Origin: Lama glama
Taxonomy: Eukaryota
Length of the DNA: 64,000 nucleotides
Assembly (NCBI GenBank): GCA_028534125.1
Contig: CM052817.1
Location: 3,350,001 to 3,414,000, forward strand
Direction of reading: 5' to 3'
Positions 23,121-34,209 of the stretch are shown one piece after another. Position 1 is the stretch's first letter; each line of letters opens with the position of its first letter. The notes under the pieces were generated by a model, which ran no database searches, was not told where the DNA came from, and worked only from the letters and a program-made list of their open reading frames with translations. A program made the position numbers and the translations under genes.

Positions 23121-24264
23121 GTGGTCCCAATCCTGATACATCCTAGTCCTAACAGACAGCAGGCCAGGAGCACAGCTGGGGGCTTTTGGGGCCATCCCAA
23201 TTCTCCTTCCACCTGGCTCTGCCCTGCACTACAAGGGGCCTCATGCAAGTCTGAGGACTCCAGCCACAGTGTCCCCTCCATATCCCCTGGCAGCCATGCT
23301 GGCCTCAAGTGCAGTCCCCCTGCCAGGAGGGCCAGGGAAGGGGCCTGCCCAGGCTGCAGGATGGGCCGGGGCATCCACACCCTAGAAGCGGCTGCAGCCG
23401 CTGGGAGAAGCACATCCCCTTGGTCCTTGGGCCCCTTGGCCCTAGGGAGGGCATGGCCTGAGGAGGCCCAGAGCAGGACGCTCTGAAATGAAGGGGACCC
23501 AGGCTGCCAGGTCTGGGAGGGTCGGCTAGAGGTGGCACAGTTCACGGAGATGAGAAGGTGCGGCGCCTGGAGCTGGTCGGGGCGCTGAAGTCAGGCTCAG
23601 GCTTGCTGAACAGAGATCGCGTGTCTGATCAATCTGCACGACTCGGTGGGCTGTCTCCAAAACGAGGGCACAGGCAGGAAAAGTGATGGAAGGCGGTGTC
23701 ACCCAGGTTAGAATCTACCCACTTGGTCCTTCCTTTCACAAGTTGGGGGCCAGGAGTGAGTGGCCAAGGTGGCTCCAAGGGGGAACAAGGCTCGGGCCCA
23801 CCCCTCCAGCGCCAGGCCCTCTCCTGTGAGCGTGGCCCTCTGGATGTCCTTCTCAGAGCAGCAGGGGCCTCTGGACGTGACCTCACCTTCACAAAGACCC
23901 AGGGGACCGGAGGAGGCCAAAGCACAGACAGGGAGGGCAGGGAGGCCTCAGCGGTCATCCCGGGGAGAGGCGATGGTGGCACGGACTAGGGTGGGCACCG
24001 GAGACGGGGACAGAGCCTCTGGATCCCTGAAGAGCCGGGACTGTGGCATAGTCACCCCTTTGTCCCCAGTGGCCAGTGGAGAGAGACACTGGAGACCACA
24101 TTCACTGCACAAAGAGACTCAGGCCTGATTCAGTGACATCCCCCTGCACTGCCTTCACCAAGGGCAACAAAGTGGCTTAAAGAAGGATGATGATGACATA
24201 ATGGCCAGTGTTTCCTGACGCTGCCTATGAGCCAGGCTCTGAGCTTCATATCTTCCCTCCATTA

Positions 24265-24345
24265 CCTCATTGGTCCCGTTTTACAGATGGTGTGACCTGG
24301 GCTCAGAGAGGGGAAGTGACTTTCCCAAGGCCACAAAGCTAACAA
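24265..24345 (-). mobile_element. MIR
   Basis: cccgttttacagatgg...ggctcagagaggggaagtgactttcccaaggccacaaagct. Confidence 0.75.
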
Positions 24346-25419
24346 GACGGAGCCAGGAGGCACTCATCTCAGGCCTGGAAACCTGGGCTCCTATCACTGC
24401 CCAGGCCGTCTCCAGGTCAGTGGGAGCAGCAGAGGAGCTGAGAGGACAGGGCGCCTCTTGGGAAAGAGATGGGCATTCCTTGTGCGACATAGTGGCACAG
24501 GGTGGGGGGCTGCTCCCTCTGACGCAACCCAGAGCCCAGCCCTGCCGTGCGCCTGCCGCCAACAGCCCACATAGGGACCCAGGCAGATTTTAGCTTCCAG
24601 TACCGTGTGCGCCAGGGAAGAAGCAAAGCAGGCAGAGTCCCCCATCTCGAGGAAACTGGGGAACAGCTCCATGTCAAAGGAGGAAGCAAAATCTAGCAGG
24701 ACTGAGGGCAAACATCTGCAGGCTGCCCACCTCTCCCACGGTGGGCGTGCAGCTCGGGGGCCAGCCACGGACCCACTTGAGCTGGACTGGTGTCATGCAC
24801 CCCACGTGGGATCCAGCTGATGGGGTATGACGGAAGGGGTCTCAGAAGAGGCCCCAGGATCACATTACTCCTGAATCCCACCAAAGCTCCTGAAGGATGC
24901 TCAGCACTGTGATCTCAGAGGACACTGTTTCCCAAGCACTGGGGCCCTGCCACCTCCTCCTCAACGTGGCTCACACATCCTTCCTGATACCCACTGCCCA
25001 GTGTCTGAGACCACTCTGTCCCCGTGAGGGATCTCCACCATAGCAATTCCCCCCTGGATGGAACCCCAGCTCCTAGTTCTGCCCTCTGGACCCCACAGCC
25101 CTGCCTACTTCCTGGTCCCCAGGACGGCACTTGGTGGTCTGGAACAGCCACCATGCCCTCCCTAAACCTTGTCTTCTCCAGACCGAGCCCCACCACCCCC
25201 ATTGCCAAAAAAAAGCCACAGTTAGCCCCCTCCCTGTATGCCTGCCCCTTTGCAATAGTCCTCTCAAGACCATTCAAGGGGTGGAACTATTTCCCGAACT
25301 CTTGAACAGAAGCTGGTCTTATACCTGCTTTGGTCAGTAAGATGTACAGAAGTGATGCTATGTGGGTTTCAAGCCCAATCCTGTAGCTCTGTTTATTTCC
25401 ATTCTTTCTCAAACCTCTA

Positions 25420-25691
25420 TCCAGCTGCCATGTGTACAAGCCAGGGCCAGCCTTCTGTGGAATTGAGGGACAAGGGGTCCAGGAGCCCCTCTGCCCCAGC
25501 AGAAGAGATGCCTAGAGGGCCGGCTGCTGACCACAGACGCACGAGGGAGCCTGGCTGAAGATAGAAGCCCCACCCAAGCTACGCCCAACTCACACTGTCC
25601 AGCCTCAGAAGCATAAGCTAAATGAATGGTTGTTGTTTTAAGTCCCTATATTTCAGGGCCATTTGTTTTATAGCAAAAGCTAACCGATACA
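25420..25691 (+). mobile_element. Old MLT1 (H/I/J-like) LTR 3' part
   Basis: aaatgaatggttgttgttttaagtcc...tttgttttatagcaaaagctaaccgataca is the MLT1 terminus. The 5' boundary is uncertain. Confidence 0.7.
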
Positions 25692-27559
25692 TCACCATCC
25701 CTATTCCTTCCGTGGTTTGCCCTGCAGAGGGTACTACTCTCAGCTCTCCAGATTCCTGCGCTAGACTTCCTTGAGACATGACGTCAGTTTTAGAAGGTCC
25801 CCCATAGAGTGGAGACGATGGCCTCTGCTGGCCTCTCTTGAAGTGCCACCTGGAGCACAGTGCCCCACCCACCCTGTTTCTCAAAGTCTCCCCAGTCTCC
25901 CATTCCAGGACTTTTCATGGGTCATCTGAAATCCTCCACCTGGCTGTTCACACACTTGAGTTCACCCTGAAGTCTCAATCAGATGCCGCTTCCTCCAGGA
26001 AGCCAGTCTAACCCCTCATCTGTGTCACTGCCCTCCTCTGTCTCTGTGCCCCTGCACACTTCCTCCATGAGGAACAGCATCTCCTGGTCACCTGGCCACC
26101 TCCCCCTAGAACAGAAGCCCAGTGAGGGCAGAGGGCGTGTCTCCTTCAACTCTGAGTGCTCAGAGTCTAGAAGAGCCCCTGGAGGGGTAAGTGCTCAGGA
26201 AAACTGGCCGAGGGAGCGATGTGGAGAAGGGTGGGGGTATCACTGTCTTAGGTTGGTAAGGGCTTCTGGCTAATGGTACCTGTAGGTGCTTCAGAATCAG
26301 GTCTGATTACATGAGACCAGTCTGGAAACAGAACCTTGCGCGGGATCCTTCCAACCTCCCACTGGCTTATTCCTGCATGTGCCTGTGCTGTCAACTACAG
26401 ATGTGCCAGCTCCAAAGCCCCTTGACGGGCCGTTCCCCGCAGTCCTTCCCCACGTGCCCGGGACCCTCTGCGGGCCCCTCCTACCCGAGGCTGGAGGGCC
26501 GTCCCACGCTCACTCCATTGACTTGAGCAGGCAGATTTCAGGAGACACAGTGAATGCCCAGGTCGTGCCCAGGAAGAGCAGGCTCCCCGCAAAGTAACAC
26601 CACCCCTCTCGGCAGAGCTGGCGAGGAAACAGATCCATCTTGCAGGTGGGCAAACAGGTTTAGAAACAGCGAGTGCTTGCCTAAGGCCAATCAGAAACGG
26701 CAGAGCTGGGACATCAGAATTAGGGTGCCCACGATTCTCCCCAGTACAACAACCATTAGTTTTCACCTCAAACAAAATAACATGCATCGCATTACAGAAA
26801 CAGCTCTGCATCCTGGACCCTGGGCGAGGGAAGTTTTACCTGGAGGATCCCACACTCAAACGCAGCAGCGCCCTCTGGTAGAAGAGGAAACCAGGGCTCG
26901 GGGGAGGGGCGGGTTGTTCCCAGCATCACCGGCTAACCAAGGGCAGACCTGGAGAAGTCCCTTGATGCCACTCGGCCGCCGGCACGTTCCCCGGATGCTG
27001 CTCGCCCTGTCGACAGATTTATGGCTCCATCCTTCAAAGCACACTCAAGCGGGGTTTATTACATAATAGAAAACAAAGGTAGTTTTTTCCTATGTTTCCC
27101 ACTCAGGGAGTTTTATTAAAATGCAATAAAGCTCCAGGACAGAGTGTGACTTTAATGCACAGGGCAGGACATCTAGCTCAGTTCTTCCTCAGACTCGGGG
27201 GGAGGAGGGAGGCTGGGGGGGATGCAAATGGGGGGAAAGAATGCACATTCTGGGTCCCACCCACCCCAGACTCAGCCCCTCCCAGCAGCCAGGAGGAAGG
27301 GGACTTGCACTCAGCTGGCTCCTGGAGGGCAGGAGGAATCAGGCTTTGCGGTCCAAGCACCTTGTGGAGTAGCGCCTGCCCCTCTCCGTGGTTCTGCTAA
27401 ACCACTCAACCACACCTCCCCGCACCCAGCCGGCTCGCTGTCCCCTCCCAACGCCGCAGCCACATGCTTGCTCTAATCCGCAAGCCCACGCGGAGTGCCC
27501 CCTGTAAGACAGCGTTCAACGCCCTTGGACTGGCCCCAAGGTGTCCTTGGTCCAACCCC

Positions 27560-27905
27560 TCACCTGCATGTTTTCCCACCATCCTCTGCCCACCTCCCAT
27601 TTTAGCCACTCCAGATTTCTTAGGATTCCTCCCATGCCAGGCTGGTTCATGCCTCCGTGTTTTTGCACCGCATGCTTCCTCTGACTGGAATGTCTTTCCC
27701 TTGCCTGGCAACCTGGGAAACTTCTGTTCATCCTTCAAAGCCCAGTTCAGCCATCACCTCCTCTGAAACGTCCAATTACCTTTTCCTAAACAGATGTTGG
27801 TCCTTCCTTCAGTCCCTTCCTCTCTGACAAGGTTGGTCTCATTCGTGGCCAATCCTAAGGCCAGACAAAGTGCCTGGGAAGAAGAAGATGCTCAAGAAAT
27901 GTTTA
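27560..27905 (+). mobile_element. L2 remnant
   Basis: tttgcac...cctctgactggaatgtctttccc...cttctgttcatccttcaaagcccagttcagccatcacctcctctg...gatgctcaagaaatgttt. Confidence 0.65.
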
Positions 27906-28030
27906 CAGGATTGGATTCTCTGAAAACCTGTCTTATTATCTGGTGTTTAATCTGGGTGCCTCGGCCAGGCCTTCAACTGACCGGAGACAGAGACAACCTA
28001 AGAGCCATCACCTCGGAAGCCTTCACGCCA

Positions 28031-28785
28031 TGTGCAGTCAACAGCATGATGAACCCAGAGCCGTCCACATCCTAAAGCCCAGAGCTTGTGCAGGTGTTAC
28101 AGGCAGAAGGGACACTGCGAGTGTGACTAAGTTAAAACCTTTGGGATCAGGTGGGTGGGGAGGGATAAACTGTGAGTTCAAGATATGCAAATATCAACTA
28201 GTATATGTAAAATAGATAAACAACGAGTTTCTTCTGATAGCCCAGGGAACTATATTCAATAGCTTGTAGTAACCTATCATGAAAAAGAATGTGTGTGTGT
28301 GTATGTGGATGACTGAAACATGATGCTGCACACCAGAAATGGACACATTGTAAACTGACTGTACTTCAATGAAAAAATTAAATTAAATTAAATTAGAAAT
28401 TTTTTTAAAAAAGAACTTTGAGGTGGAAAGATTATTTTGGATTATCCAAATGAACCTAATCAAATCACATGGGTCCTTAAAAGGGAGCACCTTTCCAGAC
28501 TATGGTTAGAGAGAGCGATGGGAAACGATAGAGGGGTCAGAGGGAGGCAACGCTGGTGCCTTCAGAGACAGCGGAAAGGAGCCGAGGGCTGGAGGCAGCT
28601 GGAACAGGCAAGGAAAAGAGCGTCCCCTAACGTCTCAGGAAAGGAATCAGCCCTGCTGGCACCTTCATTTCAACCAGTGGGACCCATATCAGCCTTCTCC
28701 CCTCCAAAACTGTATGATAAGTTTGTGTTATTTTAAGCCCAGGGTTTGTGGTGATTTGTTACAACAGCATGAGAAAACCACTGCA
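28031..28785 (+). mobile_element. MLT1 (MLT1D-like) LTR split by an L1 insertion
   Basis: 5' part 28031-28147 (gtccacatcctaa...ggcagaagggac...gtgactaagttaa). 3' part 28411-28785 (gattattttggattatcc...aatcacatgggtccttaaaag...taagtttgtgttattttaagcc...gtggtgatttgttacaacagca). Confidence 0.82.
28151..28410 (+). mobile_element. 5'-truncated L1 3' UTR (cetartiodactyl/camelid type) with A-rich tail
   Basis: ggggagggataaactg...aaatagataaacaac...cagggaactatattcaatagcttgtagtaaccta...acaccagaaatggacacattgtaaactgactgtacttcaat, then an (AAATT)n tail. Confidence 0.88.
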
Positions 28786-29034
28786 CCCTGTGTACCAGCC
28801 CGGCTGTTCCCCCTGGGCCCTCCCAATCCCTGGGCCCTGCCCGGCCTCTGCACCACCACCCCCTTGCTCACACTGTCTAGATGGCCTTCCTCTGCTTCGC
28901 CTGCCCTTCTCTACCTAGTGAACTCCTATTCATCCTTCAGAACCCATTTCCCAAGTCCCTCTTCTGGGACCCCGTCCCAGCGTGCCCTGAGGTAGGCCTG
29001 GGCACCACATCCCCTGAGGCTCAGCCGTGCCTCC

Positions 29035-29596
29035 TGAAAGAGTAGGACACTACAAAACGGTTTCCCTGATGCTAATGCTGTTTGTTGATCCATTCTGACC
29101 TAAAATTCTCGCAATTTGTTTTTCTCTTTTCTCTGACAAACCCCCACCTCTGCTTCCCTTGTTCAACTGCTTTTGTGCTAAGCAGCAGCCAGCCTTCCCA
29201 TGACCCTCCCCACTCGCTACACACTCCTTACCCAAAGCAGCTTCTCCTTTAGCCCAGAGGCTGTGCTCCAGGACGGTGGGCACAGGCTGACGGCCTCAGA
29301 GGACTGGACAGACCCTCCGGAGTGTCTCGGCGACACCAGGTAGATTCATCAAGATTAAGAAGAATACACCCCCGGGACGATGCCCTGATTGCTGCCACCT
29401 TTCTGTTCCGTCCAGTTTTTCTATAAAACCTCAGGACACGAAACCCAAGGTGGACTCGCAGTCTCTGAGGTGTCAGCCTGCTCTCAGTCCCCTCTGCAAG
29501 CAAAGCAACAAACCTGTCCTTTTCTAATTCTCCCAAAACTCTGCCTCCGAGTCTCAGTCTGGCCATCGGGGCACAGAGGCTGGTGGCGCGGCAGCA
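29035..29596 (+). mobile_element. Solo ERV (ERV1-like) LTR, 562 bp, 4-bp TSD CTCC
   Basis: CTCC|TG...CA|CTCC (29031-29034 and 29597-29600), TATAAAA at 29422-29428, AACAAA at the poly(A)-signal position 29507-29512, and a U5-like end ggggcacagaggc...cggcagca. Confidence 0.75.
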
Positions 29597-29999
29597 CTCC
29601 CAGCACACGTACCGTCAGGCACCACCTTGGATTCTCTGCTCTCCCACCAGTTGGCCAGATCCTGGCTGGCAAGTGCCTGTGCTCTGTGGATTCTGAATCT
29701 TTGGTGCCAAAGCAATACCTGAGACATTGCAGGGTCTCAGGAAGCAACTGGTAAGTGAGCAGGGCTTGGGCGGTCAGGGTCAGACCTCCATCCATTCGTG
29801 GGATTTGCGCTACAGCAGGCAGACCCTCACAGCTCGCACCAGGGAAGGGGGCACATCTCCTCAAGACGGTTGCCCCGCTTCCTCTTGCCCGAACGGCTCT
29901 TTAACCTCTCCGCCCCTCGGCGCCCTCAGCAACAGCCTCAGAGGCAACCCCTCCACACACTCAGGTGCACGTGGGAGTCCCCGCACCCTGGAATTCAGT

Positions 30000-30430
30000 T
30001 TGCGGGAAAGAAAGTCCACGCTTAAAATCCATCCTAGGAAAATAATCAGAAACGGGGACAGACGTACGTACAAGGCCAAACCCACAGCTCTCTTTCCATC
30101 TTCATGTTAGTGAAAAATCGAAATGACGCAGATGTCTAAAAATGAGGATTTGGTTAAATAAATAATACCTCCTTCTGCTGGATATACTAGACGGCCACTG
30201 AAAATAGTGGTTTTGAAAATATGTAGGCGTGTAAGCAGATGTTGAATACATACAATAAAGCTGGGATTCAAAATTTATAAAACACGTATATGTTTGCATC
30301 TTAAAAAGACTAGTGAGAACATTCGTCTCAAACAGCATTTGTAATCGCATGAGCTGGGTTAGCACAGGGCATTGCTTTATGTGCCGTTTATTTTATAGTT
30401 TCTAAAACTTTTATGAAGATCATGTAATTT
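30000..30430 (+). mobile_element. Ancient L1ME-like fragment
   Basis: atccatcctaggaaaataatcagaaa...tggttaaataaataat...tatactag...ccactgaaaat. AT-rich and diverged. Confidence 0.6.
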
Positions 30431-33366
30431 TTAAAAACAAGGTTTGTTTTTGTTTTTTAGGGAGAATTTTCTGGAGAGGGATTTAGTAATACTCTTGTCC
30501 AGAAGAACTTTTAAAAAGTTTAATGACATTATATAGCGTCCTCTTTTGAGAAAACGTGAGGCCGTTACTGCTGAATTCATGAGCGGTGCCTTGTGGATTT
30601 CAGTTCAGCTCAGTAAATCCCTGGGCTCATGTCTGTCGAAAGCTTCTGCCAGTTACAGAGATCACAGGAAACCCAGATCCCAAGAAGAGATAAGGAGGGA
30701 GGGGGCTGGGGGAGAGGGGCTGGGAGAGCCCAGAGGAGGAACCCGGCTCAGCCAGGGTGGGGGTGGGGTCCTGAAGGGCTCGGGGGAGGGGGCACCAAGG
30801 GATGGGGGACAGGCGCTTCAGGAGGCTGCTGCTGAGGCCTGGGGTGGGGATTGTGCAGAGGCTTGTGGGGAGGGCCCTGCCAGATAGATGGAGTTGGGGG
30901 GTGGGGTACACTATAGAAGGACCCACAAGATAGATGATTCTTAGCTCCACGGAAGCCCAAGAAGCAGATCATCCCCTAAAAATTCGCAGGCTGCCCCTCC
31001 CCACTGAGCATCTGTCTCCCACTTCTCAAAAAAGCATCTGAGATGACGGTACGGATTGGGAGGCCTGGCTGTGGGCTCCGAACATACAGGGTCACCTGCG
31101 TGGGCTGGGTTGTCATCATTGCTGCGAGAGGAATCAGATGCCCCTGCCAACCAACAGAAAGCTAAATTCAGAACCAACACGCTGCTCTGGGCCATCCCGA
31201 AGAACCCGGGAACGCATGTGCTTTCTGCCCTTGCCTGCTTTTTCCCTAAGAACTCTTCTAGAGCTCAGGGATGGCCTTTCCAGCCTGCAGGAATAGGGGC
31301 AGAGGAGCAGGATGCAGGAGAGTGGGGAGGAAACCACAGACGGCACACAGCCCGTGGTAAGCCCAGCAGGGAAGTGGCTCCCTGGAGGTGGGTACCACAC
31401 GGGAGCTGGGACTCAGGCCTTCCTGGGATGGAGACGGCCGATGTTCCCATCACCTTCCAAGGCCAGCGGTCGGGTTACAGAAGGGTTCTGGATACGAGCT
31501 ACACGTGGACCTGGCAGAGCTTGGCGGAGGGATGCTTGGGAGGGCGAGGAGGAGCACACAAAGATGCCACTGTGGCCAGAGCAACACAGAAGGCACTGTG
31601 TAGGGAGTGCTGCCCTGGAGGAGCAGGGAGGCTGTGGCACCCAAGGACCAGGGCAGACTCTTCTTCCAGGAAGTCTTCCCCGATTATCACGTCCTGTGCT
31701 CCTGCAGAGTAGGGCTGCCCAAGGCTTCCCCAGTTCTCTCGGCCCCGTCACAGTGCAGACCACGTGCCATCACATGGGCTGTTTGCTTATCTGTACTCCC
31801 TAGGAAACTGTGGGTCTTGGGGGTCATTGATTGTAGCTCACTCAAACACAGAGCCTGGATGGAAGGATGGGGTGGCTGGATGACGCACGGATGGGCAGAC
31901 AGGGGAAGGATGGACCAATGGATGGATGAGAGTGATGGAGAGAGGGAAGGAAGGGGGCAGGGAAGAGAGGAGAGGAGGGAAAGTCAGCCAGAGAACACAG
32001 TTCTAGTGACCAGAAGGGGCCTTGGAACTGGGACAGAGGAAGCCAGGCCCTGAGCAAGGCCAGGTATCAGAGTCAAGATGGAGAAAGAAGAGGCTTGGAG
32101 GCTGGAGACCCTGAGAGATTTCCTCAAAGTTCCTGTGACCTCTCAGCCACCTTAGATCTGTCCTAGAGCATGTTACAGGCACCTCGAGGCCTCGGAGCTT
32201 GACCTCATCAAACTGTTGATTCAAATTGAATTATTTATTGAATCGACTCAAATCCTGAAAGCTTTTAAGTCAGCGCCTCCTTCGATCCCTATCTGCTCTG
32301 AGTCTTGTTTAAATCAAACTCAGATCTCCATGGTGACGTTCAAGCAAACACAGAGAGAGGCTGGCCCAGGGCAGGGGGGGGACGCAGCTGGTGGGAAGAC
32401 AGACGGACGGGCAGGGCAAGATGCTGCAGACGGAGGAGGCCCTTGGACACCTCCTAAGTGCCTAGTGTTGTACATGCAAGATCGTTGTCGTCTTCACAGC
32501 CACTGCGAGGTCTGTGCCATCAGCTTCATCACACAGACGAGGCCCAGAGAGGCCACAAAAGAGGCAGGCCCAGAGTCAGAATGGAAACCAGCCTGTCTGG
32601 GGGCACCGACCATGCAGCCACCTGGCCGACGGGGAAGCCCAGCCCCTGCGATCAGCCTCTGGTGAAGCCCATCACAGTCTAAGGCTTTCTCTCTAAAATA
32701 ATCCCCACTCTTCTGGACCACAAAGGGCAAAGCGTGTCATCACTTGATCCCTGCAGGCACTCCATACCGTCCACCTGTAAGGATGCTACCAGCACAATGG
32801 CTCTTTGTGTTCAGGACATTCGGGGCCAGGCTGAGATGCCCAGGACTGCCCACGGGCTTTGAAATGCTTGGCTCACCCACCGCTCGGCTCTGCCCGCCAC
32901 CCTCTCAGGACAGTCCCACAGGGCAATGTCCCCTCCCCCGCAGAGACGGACCTGGCTGCCTCTTTAGTTATTGAAGGTCAAGAGGTTGTCATCTGGCTGT
33001 GGTCTGGCGGCTCAAATTCCCTAGACTCCGCATTCGCAACATATAACCCTAAAATTCTGTATCTTAAAAAATGGAGAGAGGCATATACCCTAGGAACATA
33101 GAATCCACCCGGGTTTGAAATGGAACAGTATAATGACACAGTAACATTACAGGTGAACAGAAGTGGTCTGAAGATCTCAAAGGCCAGTTCTGCTGGGATA
33201 TAAAACTCATGAAACAGAGTTTCCCAAAGCTTGTTCCATGGAAAATCAATCCCAGGAAATGCTCAGGGGGACAAAAATAAAATAATACTTCAATATTAAA
33301 GTGTATACATAAAACAAAATTAAAACAAGTAAAACTGAACAAATAAAAATTTAATTAAAATTGTAT

Positions 33367-34209
33367 ATTAGACAAATGCAAATCAAAACTACAATGTGGT
33401 ATCTCCTCGCACCTGTCAGAATGGCCATCCCTAAAAAGCCTACAGAAAATAAATGCTGGAAAGGGTGTGGAGGAAGAGGAGCCCTCCTGCACTGTTGGTG
33501 GGAACATAAACTGGTGCGGCCACTATGGACTTAGTATGAAGGTTCTTTAAAGCACTAGAAACAGACTTGCCATATGATCCAGCAATCCCATTCCTGGGCA
33601 TGTATCTAGAGAAAACTCTAATTCGAAAAGATACATGCACCCCCGTGTTCACAGCAGCACTATTTACAATAGCAAGGACATGGAAGCCACCTAAATGTCC
33701 ACTGACAGACGACTGGATAAAGAAGTTGTGGTATATATACACATGATGGAATACTACTCAGCCATAAAAAAGAATGAAATAATGACATTTTCAGAAACAT
33801 GCATGGACCTAGAGATTATCATATTAAGTGATGTCAGTCAGACAGAGAAAGACATATGTCATATGATATCACTTATATGTGGAATCTAAATACAAAACAT
33901 ACAACTGAGCTTATTTACAAACCGGAAACAGACTCACAAACCTAGAAAACAGACTATGGTTACCAAAGGGGAAAGGGGTAGTGGGGAGGATAAATTAGGA
34001 GTTTGGGATTACACACTACTACATATAAAATAGATAAACAACAATTTCCTACTCTATAGCCCAGGGAACTATATTCAATATCTTGTAATAACCTATAAAG
34101 GAAAAGAATCTAAAAAAGAAAATATATATATGTATGTATAACTGAATCATTTTGTTGTGCCCCTGAAGCTAGCACAACACTGTAAATCAAATATACCTCA
34201 ATAAAAAAA
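33367..34209 (+). mobile_element. 5'-truncated LINE-1 (ORF2 C-terminal remnant, 3' UTR and A tail)
   Basis: Encodes disrupted MQIKTTM...VRMAI...NKCWKGCG...LLHCWWEHKLVRPLW and ...MEYYSAIKKNEIMTF...DLEIIILS...HMISLICGI. Ends in aataaaaaaa. Possible degraded TSD ttaattaaaat at 33351 and 34218. Confidence 0.95.

Noticed and set aside
33214..33270. Possible hAT/Charlie terminal fragment (cagagtttcccaaagcttgttccatgg)
   Set aside because: Too short and diverged to call without a database search.
33695..33889. 64-aa ORF with MEYYSAIKKNE
   Set aside because: A fragment of a dead, 5'-truncated, frame-disrupted LINE-1, not a host gene.
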